Shown one piece after another: positions 1 to 13,500 of a stretch of DNA of 34,908 nt; positions within the stretch are counted from its first letter, which is position 1, and every line of letters begins with the position of its first letter. Made by a program: the position numbers and the translations under genes. The stretch is from Lytechinus pictus. Its lineage: Eukaryota. The notes beneath the pieces were generated by a model. The model made no database searches. It was given only the letters and a program-made list of their open reading frames with translations, and had not been told where the DNA came from. The stretch is from contig NC_087262.1 in the NCBI RefSeq assembly GCF_037042905.1, forward strand, positions 2,232,001 to 2,266,908. The letters run 5' to 3'.

Positions 1-117
1 CTATGGTGTATAGGCCTACTAGTTATCAGTTTGAAATAAAGCAAAGAAAATGGCTGGTCAGAGAAAAGAGAAATCGAGAATTTCCACATCTTTGTTTGCC
101 TCATTTCCTCGCAGCTA

Positions 118-317
118 CACTCTTAACTCCAAGGATTTAAAATGAATAGTGAACAGCCGAATATTAGATTTAGATTTAAACCTTGTTGATTTAAATACAA
201 ATCTAAAAGATTTGAATTTAAATCTTTTGAGATTTAAAAGTTAATCCTTAAGATTTTGAATAAATTCTAAATTCACAGCCGATCTGGATTTATTTCAAAT
301 CTTTGGAATTTAGAGTG
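118..317. mobile_element. MITE with CACT...AGTG termini and TA flanks (EnSpm/CMC-like), copy 1
   Basis: TIR cactcttaactccaaggattt / aaatctttggaatttagagtg; related copy at 10661-10879. Confidence 0.8.
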
Positions 318-899
318 TAAACCTGCGAAAAAGTCAAGACAGCCCCTCAACACCGCCCCTTAAAAAACGATATAATTATAGAGAAGACATGCGGGACCTA
401 GATCAAGTATATCCTTCTAAATAATCATGTAGAGCAACGAGACAACAATATTGATTTCATATTTTCATAACATCGTTACTTAGCCTTATATCCCCAGAGA
501 ATATAAACATGATGGGTCAAGAAGTACATGATCGATATTTCATTTGATTCATAGAAATCAGGACATTTGCAATATTTCTTTGCTGGAGGCCAAGAAACAT
601 TAATAAAACAAACAGAATATACTAAGATATTTTCCAGACACGGGCATTGATCTGTTGATAATAAAGAATAAACATCTCCTGAGTAGATGTGATTTAAAAA
701 GAAAAAAAAAACAGTACGATTTCAAGTCCCATTAAAGGATAAAATGGATTGGAAGTTAGACAGCGTTATCATCTGAATGGATTTATGAAATATATGCATT
801 TGACAGAAAGTGAAAGATAACCGAAATCATTTTCCAAGAATTTGCATGCCTATTAAAAACAATAACTTACTATTATATCCCCCTCCTCCTCCCTCTCTG

Positions 900-1335
900 C
901 TGAAACCCCATCCAATCTTAGTTTAATCACTGGCTGTGTCTGTTGTATTTCTTGTTCGTTACCTATATGTTGTTAACTTGTGCTTGTCGAATCCTGATGT
1001 GTGGTCAGTATTGACATTTTGGGCTAATTTTGTTATTTATTTCAGGAAAAACAATAAGACTATCACTTATATTATTAATATTGTAGGGACCTATAAGAAA
1101 TACAAGCCTTGCTTGTAATTTAGGCTCCACCACTTGTTTTTTTTTCGCAGAAACCCCTCTTATTGTACTTAGTTATTGTTATTTTGTAGACAACCATGTT
1201 CACCTTTTCAACTTTATAAGTAATTCAATCATTATTTGTTTATCATAAATCTAGTTGCCTGATCAATGACGCACTATGTATAGGCCTACATATCATGAAT
1301 GTAGGAGTGGAAACAAATAAATTAAAATGAAATAC
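900..1335 (+). mobile_element. Isolated LINE 3' UTR remnant (left boundary approximate)
   Basis: Carries the same CAAGC-nnn-GCTT hairpin motif (1103-1114) and GTGGAAA..AATAAA end as the two LINE 3' UTRs in this window. Confidence 0.55.
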
Positions 1336-1376
1336 AATTTTCAAAACCCCTCTCTTTATCTTTATTATATTCTTAG

Positions 1377-1533
1377 AGTGGGTGGATCCAAACAGATGAC
1401 GATGAATACATTATAGAGCCACTGGAAGCTGAGGACCAATCAGCGTACAACATGACTGATGGACATCTCCACGTCATGTATAGGAGGCGGGACTTCAGAT
1501 CAGACACGGTTGGATTGGGTGCTGCTAATGGAG
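1377..1533 (+). CDS. ADAMTS3: ADAMTS exon A, pro-domain ([40 protein letters not shown]...)
   Basis: ttag acceptor, gag|gtaaaa donor, 157 nt ending in phase 1; typical ADAMTS pro-domain motifs. Confidence 0.88.
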
Positions 1534-4500
1534 GTAAAACAAGCCCCTCCCGCAGGTCAAGCCCCTCCCATTTAGTCACTTGAAAGCGGGAGGAATAAAT
1601 ACTATACATTTTTCATTCATTGATAGAGTAAGGCTAAAATAGCTAAATGCTGGATTGTGCAGTATTATGTAAATGTTTAATTTGCAAAGACGAATGAATG
1701 AATATATTGCAATGTATAAACGCATTAATTTATTATTTAATGAATGAATGAATGTTCAAATGAAAAAGGGAATAAATGCAGCACGCATACATGGCATATA
1801 TGTATTAATTATGCGTGAATGACTGACGGACAGACTGAATGAATAAATGAACGAATGAATGAATGAATGAACGAACGAATGCATGAATGAGTGAGTGAGT
1901 GAGTGAGTGAGTGAGTGAGTGAATAAGCGAGTGAGTGAGTGGATGAGTGAGTAGATGAATGAATGAATGAACGAACGAATGAACGAACGAATGAATGAAT
2001 TAATTAATTAATCATCGAATGATGAAAAAGTGAATGAATGAATGAAAGAAAGAAAGAATGAATGAATGAATGAATAACTTAATAAAGAAGTAAATGATCC
2101 AATAATGTTTTCCTTCCTAGCATCATTCAGCACCAACCTCGTCAACGACACAACCGCCGACCTTCCGCTGTTCGACGAGGATGACGGTCTCGAACAAGAC
2201 AGTCATCCATCGGGGCATCGTGCGAAGCGACGAACTGGTCGGTACGCGGCAGGGAGACAGAACTACGTCGAGACAATGATCACTGTGGACGCTGCTATGC
2301 ATTCGTTTCATGGGGAGTCAGCAGTCAACATCTACGTCATTACAATGATTCATATCGTAAGATCATCTTCTTGAATTCATATTTTTTCAGAAAGCAGTAA
2401 GATTTTTTTGTATTTTTATCATTGTTTATTCCATTTATTTTAAAGCAAATTAAGTTCAATTGTTCACAAGGTACAATCATGGCCGAACGCAGATATTTTG
2501 GGGGTTTCATGACATTTACTCCGACGATAATTGCTCCGCTGCAAATTCTACACATTAATGGAATGACCGAGTTCAACCCTGGATTTAACACTATACCCTG
2601 TCCTAAACCTAACATATAACCCTATTGCAACCCTAACCCTATATCTTAGACGAAATCAAGCCCAGAGCAAATGTGTCACCATTTTTTTTCCTATGGAAGG
2701 CAAGGCAAGGCAAAGACATTTACATAATGGGAGATTATAACATTAATCTTATTAATACTGACAATAATTACACTCTAAAATTTATTAGCTCATTGCTTTC
2801 ATACTCTTTCCACCCGCATATTAGTAATCCGACACGAATATCAAGTACGTCTAAAACCCTCATTGACAATATCATTTCAAATGTAACTAACAAAAACTTC
2901 ATAAATGGCATAATTTATTCTGACATTTCGGACCATTTACCTATATTTGTTATTTCTAATCAAGCTAAAATTCAACAACATACAAATAAAAACAAAAAAG
3001 AAATGCGCAGAAAAGAAACCCAACGCAACATCGATGCACTAAAAACTGATTTAGCTGAAGAAGATTGGAATGAAGTATTGAACGAAACTAACGCCGATGT
3101 TGCTTATGAAATATTTATTCAAAAACTCTTACATTATTATAACAAAAACATACCTCTTGTAAAAGATAAGGTCCTTAAAAAGAATAAACAACCATGGATC
3201 ACAAAGGGCATTAAACGATCAATATCAACACGGAATAAACTCTATAAGCAAGCTCTAAAAACTCAATGTAAGGTAAAATTTGACAAATACAAAAAATATA
3301 GAAATAAATTGACATCCATTATTCGTCTATCTCGAAAACTGTACTATTCAAAAAATATAGAGGAAAACGCAAATAATGTTACTTTTTTATGGAAAACTGT
3401 CAACGATCTCTTAGGTAAGAAAAAACATGATATTGCAAATAGTTTTAATGTTGATGGTCAAGAAATTACTAACCCAGAAAAAATTTCAAATGCATTCAAT
3501 GATTATTTCACTAATGTAGGTCCCAATCTGGCCTTAAACATTCATGTAAATGATTCACATTTCACTAAATTCCTATCTCCAGCATGTGAAAACTCACTCT
3601 TTTTAAGACCAACTAATGAACTTGAAATAATTAGTATTGTTCAACAACTGAAATCTAGCAAGTCTTGTGGGCATGACGGAATTAGTGTTTATTTGCTTAA
3701 ACAAATTATTCATTACATTGCTCATCCACTATCCAATATATTTAATCTCTCTCTTTCAACAGGCAAATGCCCGGATTCCCTGAAACTCGCAAAAGTAATA
3801 CCAATTTATAAAAAAGAAGATTCCTCCTTAATCAGCAATTACAGGCCCATATCTTTACTACCATCAATATCTAAATTATTGAAAAAATTATTTATAAACG
3901 ACTCTTTACTTTTCTGAAAAACAATGATATTTTTATTCCTAATCAGTTCGGTTTTAGAGAAGGACACTCAACAGATTATGCCTTATTATATATGTACGAC
4001 AAAATTATTGAAGCTTTCACCAGAAAGGAACATTCGATTGGAATTTACATGGATCTTTCGAAAGCTTTCGATACAATCGACCACAAAATATTAATTCATA
4101 AATTAAAGTCATATGGAATAAGGGGACAAGCACTATCCTGGTTTGAAGACTATTTACATAATCGACAACAATACGTACATTTCCAATCTCAAAACTCACA
4201 AAAACAAAATATCAAGTGCGGCGTACCACAGGGATCAATTCTGGGACCCCTACTTTTTATTATCTATATTAATGATATCATAAATTCATCCCCAATTCTA
4301 AATTTCATAATTTTTGCCGACGATACCAGTATTTTCTATTCCCATTCTAATTTAGATACTCTAACTCATATTCTTAATTCAGAACTCTCTAAAATATCCC
4401 AATGGTTTAAAACAAACAAACTTTCACTTAACATAAGCAAAACCAATTTTATACACTTTCGAGAAGCTAATCCACACTTACCAGCTCCCAATTTATCAAT

Positions 4501-7500
4501 TGACGGTTTACCTCTTACTGAAAAGCACTCTACCAAATTCTTGGGAGTAACAATTGACTCCAATCTAACGTGGAATGAACACATACACAATGTACATACA
4601 TCTATATCAAGAAACATAGGAATAATTTACAAATTAAAAGACTTTCTTTCTGAAAAATCTGGAATTCCTTACCACAATACTTAAAACAATGTCCCTCTCT
4701 TAACTCATTCAAATCATCCTTTAAAACATTTATGACACGCAAATACAATTCTGAATAATTTATGCATATATATAAAAAGAGTTCTACGGGTCTTGGTCAA
4801 TTTTCAATTTTCTTGGTAAATTTTTAATTTCTATCTGATCTCATAAACTGTTACATCAGAAAATGAAAAAAGTTAAGTCATAGTATCAAACTTTGCTATC
4901 ATTTCAAGCTGTATCCTGGAACCATTCAATAATTCCTAATTAATACTACCCCACACCCTCATATACCGACACATATACACGCACGCCCACTCTCAACACA
5001 CACACACACTTATACATACACATACAATTTTAAATATACATTTGCACACGCGCACACGTTTGCACATGCACAAACACATGCAAATACGTCAAATGTGCAC
5101 ATAATATCAGGCATACAAGGTTCTTGCATGTAAATATCGTATTAATAATATCTGTTTATAATTATCAATCAATGCTTGATTTGTACTTCGTTCTTTTTTG
5201 TCTATTTCGCTAATACGTTTTGAGGCCGCTACCCTAGTCAAGCACTGCTTATGGTAGCGGTCTCCAGCATTTTTTTTTTCTACTCAACAAAGTACAACTT
5301 ATAATATTGCAAACTAATACTATCTATATACATTTTTGCAAATGAATGATTATTTGTATTTTTTTTTTGTAAAAAGAAATGTATCACTATTTTTTTCTTT
5401 ATGTTGTACATTATGTTTGTTAATTATTTCTGTTGGAAAAATGCTGAAATAAAATCAAATCAAAATCAAAGGCACATAAAGACAATGGCCCGTATTCTGA
5501 ACTCGGGTTTAAATTAAACCCTGGTTTAAAGTTGTGGTTTAACTATGGAGAGCCAGTTGGTGCACAAATCACTAACAGTACACATCCATTATATTAACTC
5601 ATTTGACACTCAAATTGTCTAAGAATGATAACTGAAGTATTCTGATGTATTTTTCTTCATTATGAAAGCAACATGGAACAAAATAGTAAGCATAGGAGAT
5701 TAAATTTTGGCTCCCCATAATTTTAGCTCATAGTTAGACCGTGGTCTAAGTTAAACCTGACTTCAGAATACGGGCCATAGGGGCGCTCTTGTATTATATA
5801 AAGTGAAATTGAAGAATTCGATGCACACTTGGTGAATTTCGTTACAATTTTCAGTAGAAAAAAAAAGTTTTCAAAATTTCGGGGGTGGGGGCAACAGGTA
5901 TACCAGGACCGTGTTTCATAAAATTGTTATTAAGATCATTGGTATAATGAGCCAAACATTATGAGGGGGAGGGGTCAGATATGGCGGATGGAGAAAAATT
6001 AATTATCGATTGTAGCCGTTTCGGAAATGATTATCAGCAATGCAACAGGTATCGGCTAGAAGCTAGATTGGATTTGTATCTTTCCCACTCTTCAGCTCCC
6101 GAAATCGTTTCCCGAAATATACATATAACAAAATGTTAACGTTTATATTTTATACATGACATAATCTTTTCGAAATTCACTCCTCCCGAAAACATGAGCA
6201 CGGGGTGCCCCAATTTATTTTACCACCCTTTTGAATATCACCTCGTTTTGTTAGTATTTCTTATAAAAGTGAAGTTATGTAATTGGAGAAGATACAAAAG
6301 AAATTGGAAACTGAATCTTTAATAAAGTATAAGATTTAAGAGGGAAAGAACTATGGAAATCAGACAAGTGTGTTTGAAATTACAATTTTTCAGGTCTGCA
6401 TAAATTTCGGCTCTGTCACGCTTCGTGCTCGCATTATTGACTCATGTTGTAAAAATGAAGCTAACCTGTAAGGAATACCCAACCCCAAAATAAAAACAAA
6501 TAAAAAAGAAGACACAAATAGCTGTGAGATCTTCGAGCAGCCACTTAACTCCCTCATCACAGAAAACAATGTTGTTTTAGTCACTCCCCCCCCCCCCCCC
6601 CACTCAACCAATAATACCGAATTCTAATCGACGCCCATGAATAATTAGGTATTTGAATCCCTGAGCCTTGCCAGGTGGTGCAATATCCTTTTTCCCCCTT
6701 TTTTAGAGGGGGGGGGGGAGAAGAAAAAGGGTCATCAAAATTGTCGGGGCGCTCTACCCCCCCCCCCCCGGTACAGGGAACGGAAGGGAAAGTTTATTCC
6801 CATACCTTGAAAACCCCACTTTTGTCACTGTAGGTAGGTTTAGATAATTTGCTTTTGTTTGCACAGGTATCTCCATACGAATTAATGTGCTTCTTTTACA
6901 ATTTCGAACTAATATTGAAAAATAAGAATTCGGTTAAAAGAAATGTTTGCGCAGAGCCCCACCCCGCTCTGCGCTGTGATGGACTACCATCGATTGAACG
7001 ATTGTTCCATCTCCAAATATTGTATTTTTCATAGTAAAACTGTGTCATCGTTTTTTTTTATTCGAAAGCTTAAATTTTATGATTTTTTTTTAATATCATT
7101 TAATTATTTTCATTTTGAAAGCATTGACCAGACGAGGGTGTTTGTTACTTTGTTGGTAATTTCTTGATGAATTTAGCCTTTATATTTTCATGATATTGCA
7201 TCAACAACAACAAAAATCGAAAATGAAAATGTGGGTTTACGTTCTTTGTTGCATATTAAACCAAAGTTAATTTCAGTGCCGAATACCACTGGCATTTGTT
7301 TTTGTAACTATGTCCGTGACAACCATTGAAAGATTTCAGTTTATTATGATTTCAGTTTATTATGATTTCAATATAAAAATTCAAAGACAAGCAAGAGAAA
7401 ATGAATAAGAAATATATACAAATACTTACCTAGACACTATATTAGAACCAGATGTTATGTTTTCACAATTAAAAAAAAAGTAATTTGAGGTCGAGTTAGT

Positions 7501-10500
7501 TATTTTTAAGATTAAATGTTATTCTAGTTCAATTTGCTTGGTTAATTATTGGTGATCTGCAGCGACATCCAATGTCATATATGAGTTACTTATTCATGAG
7601 GTCTGTGATGATTTCAGAATCGATTTTTTTTTTTTTTATATGATTATCTCAAGTTTGCAATTATATCTTGTTATCAATTATTTTTTGCTATAATATTTCC
7701 AAAAGGCTTGAAAATTGGAGAAAAAAAATCATTGAGAAATTGAAAAATTAGCCCGGCAGGCAATACTATACGAAAGGTTTAATCCATCTATTTGAGGAAG
7801 AGTAAAACTTATGACATAACATCTTTTTCTAATACAATGGCTTTCTACATCATACACTCCAATAAGTCGACGACATCTTCGATGGTCGGTCGACTAGTGG
7901 GAGGGGTCTGCATACACATGACACCAATGGAGTTAAGCTCAGCGATGTCAGCTTCATCTCCCATCGACTTCAGAACTCGTCCAAGTTGGTATACATCGCT
8001 CATGGTGGATGTGGCCTCATCATCAAGGGCGCACTCAGGAGCGAGGTGAACGAAGTTTTCCTGTAGATTAATAAAAGACACGACAAGAATCACAATCAGT
8101 GTCACTAGCACGCGAGATGAGAGATTAGAAAAGTTTAAAAATTACTAGATAGATCATGTAGATATACTATAAGTCTAAAGACACAATACCCAAGTCTCAA
8201 GCAATATTTTCTAAACAAAGTAGAACCATACTTACATTTCTTTTGTACTTTTCTTTCCTGTCATCAGAAAGTAAATAGAAGAAAGGCTTCGTCCTTGGAG
8301 AGACGAGCCCAAAGTCGATGATCACTGCCTCCCACTGACCAGTCTGGGTCTTCCTTAGGAGGCAGTTGTCGTCCTTGAGGTCGTTCATGAGGTAGCCCAT
8401 CTCATGCATCTGACCCAAGGAGGTGGAGATGCTGTGGGCGAGCTTAAGCCTGAAAAGAAAAGAAGGAATGTCAGTTTCCCATCGGATAATCAAAGAACTT
8501 TAATAGGCATCTTTCAAAAGAATAAATATACCGCGCTTTTCTCAAGAACATTGTCATTATGGCAACTACATGGATAATAAGGCTAGGTAGCCAATCTAAT
8601 CAAATATAGTTACCATTATATTCGTAAGATCAATACCGTTGGCCAGTTATATCACACATGTATAACTTCAGTGATATACGAACAGTTCATGCAGTATGTT
8701 TGGGTGTGAGTTTAACTATTCGACACTGAAATAACATTGAAATTTTGTTCATATTATAAATTTCTAGTCATGCTAATAGAAATTTCAATATATAAAAGTT
8801 ACTCACCATTGCTTTTTAGTCAGATCTAACTCGTCCATACCTCTATCCAATGTCCAAGACTCTCCATTGGTCACGTCACCGATGAACTCCATTGCTAGGC
8901 CTACGTAACCCGGACTTGTCTGGAGACATCACAGGTAGCTTGGAAAGCAGTCATTTCGACCCAAGGTCTCTAAGAGGTCAGCTTCCTCAAGGATGTAGGC
9001 CATCTGTCAAGTTTAACATCATAAGAAGATGTTATCAACTTTCTTCGTTTTAAGATATTTTTTTAAAGGCCCACTACAGAATATTATTCGGAAGATTGAG
9101 TTCACTCGAAACGATCATATCCATTCAAGAGTAGTTCTTGAACTACCCTGGATAAAATATATATAATTCGCCCGTATGGGGATATTTGAGTCAAGGCCTG
9201 GATACATTTAAAGATTGGTGAGCTTATAGAAAATGAGCTTACCTGTCTGTTCATCCCATCAATGTCGGCAGGGAGTTTGAAGTTCTTGACAGCAATGGGC
9301 TCGTTGGTGATCTTATGCCTGTAGAGATGGACAGTACCGCTCATGCCACTGCCCAGGATGACATCATCACCTCCTGGATGGAAGGACTCAAGGTCATCCA
9401 TGCTCCATACTCGGGAGTTGGCTTGGGCAGTGCTCTGGCTCACGGTGGCTACAACCCCACCCACTGATGGTGATCTGCAAAATACAGACATTGACGGTGT
9501 TTAATATATGCATTTTATATCAATTTAAAGATATTCCCTGACAATTATACTACCAACTAAAATTTCAAAGTATATCTGTCATGATATTACTTTGAAAGTC
9601 TTACCGTGGACTAGGAAGAGGTGATGAAACAATAGCCACTGAGCTCTGAACGGCAGGGGTAGAAGAAGTATGGTCGCTGACTTCAAGCACCGAACCACTA
9701 GACTCTGGACTTGGTGTTGGTAATCTATGATTTAGACAGATAGAAATATAATAAACTGGGAACATTTACGACATCTGAGTGGAATTACTAAATAATGAAT
9801 CTACACTTCATTATTTAGTAAACATGGGAGATTTGCTTGCATTAAAATTTTGAAATTATAATAATATATGTTCTGTTCTTGTTGTGTATTTTCGGTTAGA
9901 AAATTTACTCATAGGTTTCAATCTTTTTTATTTTCAATTGAATCTTCAAATAAGCACACATATTATTTGAAAGTGAGTTCTGCCTATAATTATGTTCATC
10001 AGCTTACCCAGTGGGCACAGCTAAGGTGTCAATAGGTGCTATGTCGGGTGTAGTGGTGGGACATGGTGCTAAATCAGGTGTACTAGAGGGAATGGAGGGT
10101 GTAAATGGAGATTCTGATGTAGAAATGGAAGAGGTGTTGTTGTCAGATTCTCCAGTGTCAGAAAGTTCCGAGGAAGATGTTTCGGAGCTAGACTCGGAAG
10201 AGCTGAGGGATTTGATATATATATATATATATATTATCTGATCAATGTCCATGTTGAAAGGTTCTTTCTTTATTATTTCATTTTAATTTTATATTTCTTA
10301 GATATATTTTCAATACATCTTTATTTTAAAAAGGGATTATTTCTTACCAAGAGACACTAGGAGTCTGACTGCTGACAAGAGAAGAAGCAACGGCAGGCTG
10401 AAAAGTCAGATCCTAAAAAAATAGAATATTAACAAATAAAGCTATCCACCAATTCATCGGAAAAGACCTATAATTTTGTTTAAAAAAAATTATGGTAATG

Positions 10501-13500
10501 AATTTGAATTTAAAATAAAAATCGGAGTAGACTTTTTTTTTATGAAGTTTAGTTTTGCCTATCGACTTTTAATTATTGTATGAAGGGAAAAAAAATTCTA
10601 CTTGTAATTATGGGTATAATAATAATGTATATACAGTATTCTATATCGACACCTCGATTACACTCTAAATTCCAAGGATTTAATATAAATCAAGATTGGC
10701 TGTGAATAGGGACCGGTCGAATATCAGATTTAGATTTAAATCTTGCTGATGAAATATAAATCTTAAGGATTTGAATTTAAATCTTTTGAGATTTAATCCT
10801 TAAGATTAATAATAAATCCTCGGCTGATCCCTATTCTCAGCCGATCTGGATTTACTTGAAATCCTCGAAATTTAGAGTGTATGATGACTTTGATAGTAAG
10901 GCAAATATCTACCATGGAAACCTTGGTTTTATTCGGCTGCCAAGTCGTTTTCTGAGGGTAATTCTGTGAAACGGGCATTGGACTCTAATCACGCTATTCG
11001 TTCATTTTATATCTTTACCTGGAGTTGTTGAACAGCGGTGTTTCGCTGTTTCCTAGCCTCGGCTAGCTCCAGCTCCAAGATCTGGATCCTCATGGCTGAG
11101 TCGAGGTGTTTCTGCTCGATGGTCTGAGCCCTCTTCTCAGCAGCCAGCCTCTTCTCCTCGGCCTCGTGAAAACCACGTCTGATGGTGTCGACGAGTTCAT
11201 TGACGCCACCTCCACCAGTCTCTATCACGTCTACGTCAAACTCTGACTCTGATGCCAAGTCCTATGTAAATGATGACAGAAATATACATGTAGATTATAT
11301 GTTTGCGATAGCATTTTATTATGTTACTTCTAATTTCCCCCCTTTTCAACCAAGTCTAATCAAAGAAGAATTAGTCAGCTTTCAGGGGGGCGTTTCATCA
11401 ATATTTCCGTCCGACAAGTTGTCAGATCTGACAACTTTCCTTGATAATGATTGGCCGAGAGTCACTGTTACCATAGTAGCTGTCGGATAAAACAGTACTT
11501 GTCGGATAAAACGTCCGACAAGTCCTTTCATGAAACGCTCCCCAGGTGTCTTCAAGTATAAAAGAAAACGAAACATTACTATCTGGCTTTTTTTTTTTGG
11601 GGGGGGGGGGGTTGGGGGAGGTAGGGTTCTCCCCCCCCCCCTTAACAGATACAAAATTCGTAATAATTATTGTAAAATTATAACCATAACGAATAAAATT
11701 TCAATACAATGTGAGCAATGTTATATCAAAGAATATACCAAACCCTAAACAATATACATACAAGAATCTGTTCCTTAAGTTGAAGTATCTCGGAAGAGTT
11801 CTTTAGGCATTCTGTTAGGAGCTTGCCCGTTAGATGGTTGGCTGGTGGGGACGTCTGAGATGGAAGGGGGATGGTTGGGTCACCGTAAGACCAACACAGC
11901 TTCTGTTGTTATTCATTTAATTGAAGAAATTAATGATAATTATCATTGAGAATAGTATGATTTTGATAATGATGATGACGAACTGATAGCGTCAATAAAT
12001 CACTGTATAGATCAGACGCAGGGGTCTGGGAACGATTTTCTAAGAGGAGGCACTAGTTTGTTTAGAAAAATTAAGTAAATCTTTCATTCATACGTTTATT
12101 CATTCATTATTAACTTATTTATATTTATTCATTTATTTATTTACTTATTAATTAATTAATATATTGATTCATTTATCTAGTTAGTTTTTCATTTATTTTA
12201 ATTTTTGGTTATTATTCATTTATTTCATCATATTATTATTCAATCCTTCTTTCATTCATTTATCCTGTCAACAATTCAAATTTCTATTTAATAAGATAAT
12301 TTAAAATTAAAAGGGACTTCGAATTCAAAAAAGAATAAAGCAATGGGAATTTCGATATTACCCAGTTGTTGTGTTAGGCAATAATATTATTGAGAACGAA
12401 ATTATTGAAGATTGCCAACTACTGAACTCGTATTTTTGTGTAATCCAGAGATAAAAAAAGAATGCTTCAAAATTTAAAGTGTCCGGACACCCCCCCCCCC
12501 ATACTTCTATTATTATTATTTTTTAATACCCTTAAGACATAGTTAATGTTATTCTGTTAGTACCGTATGTGTTCTGTTATTTTTTCTTCTTCATCATTTG
12601 CAATAAACAACCAACAGGGACTTATCATGGCATGGCTTTAATATGGCATAAAAGTGGTAAGAATGACCATGCAAATGATACTTTGAAAATTAGAGATGGA
12701 GGTTAAAAAAGTAAAAACAGATTTAAAAAGCAGGGGTGGCAACGTAAAACAATTTGGGAGCAATGCCTAGCTTTTTTTTCCGTGTAAGTGTTGGGGGTGT
12801 GAGAGGCCTATATAGACCATCGAATTCACTAATTTAGTGATTAGAAAATAGAGTGTGTGCTTACATCCAAGGAGTTCTGAGGAGGACAAGCTGACCCGAT
12901 GCAGGGAAGTGGTCTTCCAAGGACCCAGGGGTGAGGGGAACGAATTCGCCCAGCGCAATACATCGCCAAAAGGTTGTTTCAAGTGATCGAATATAGAAAC
13001 TATGATCTAAACAAAAGGGATAACGGATTAAGGGTAATAAAAGAGATGTAGCATGAATATCTAATTCATTACGGAAAATTTAACCAGTGAAATATGCCTA
13101 ACACTTCCCCAAAATGCATTTTTCACGAGTTCACACGCGATTTCTAGGTCAGCATCACAAGGAATAAGTCACATTTTTTAGGTTAAATAATTGAAAAATT
13201 ACTGCATCAATATTCTTCAAATTTGCTCAGTTCATTCACTGGTATATACTGATAATATACTAACCTGGCGAGATTGAATAAAAGGCTTTGAGAGTTGGAA
13301 ATAGTCGATAATTGCCAAAATAAAATTGACAAGAGTTCTCGTAACGCAAAATTGCAAGAGAATGATGGTTTGTTGACATTAGTTACTAGGGCCAACAAAG
13401 TAGGGAAGTGCGTTAATTATGCAAGCGTTGTTTAACAATAATGCGCTAGTACGAGCGCAACAATTATGCCTAGGCTAGGTATATAATTACTTGCGCTAAT

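Larger units (their letters stand above)
7845..12963 (-). pseudogene. Nested antisense 10-exon Ser/Thr-type protein kinase gene (about 570 codons: coiled coil, Ser/Pro/Thr-rich linker, C-terminal kinase) with one in-frame TGA
   Basis: Phase-compatible GT-AG exons: 12963-12865, 11902(or 11854)-11762, 11261-11019, 10412-10348, 10202-10008, 9724-9605, 9474-9243, 9003-8807, 8449-8236, 8060-7845. Kinase motifs: [51 protein letters not shown]. In-frame TGA at 8931-8929. The first two exons are less certain. Confidence 0.85.

Noticed and set aside
5800-7800. Terminal repeat marking a large transposon around the kinase gene
   Set aside because: I could not find a convincing inverted or direct match to sequence on the other side of the gene by eye; needs a self dot-plot.
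8929-8931. Selenocysteine or readthrough interpretation of the kinase TGA
   Set aside because: The position normally holds Gly rather than Cys, and I saw no convincing SECIS; a point nonsense change is simpler.
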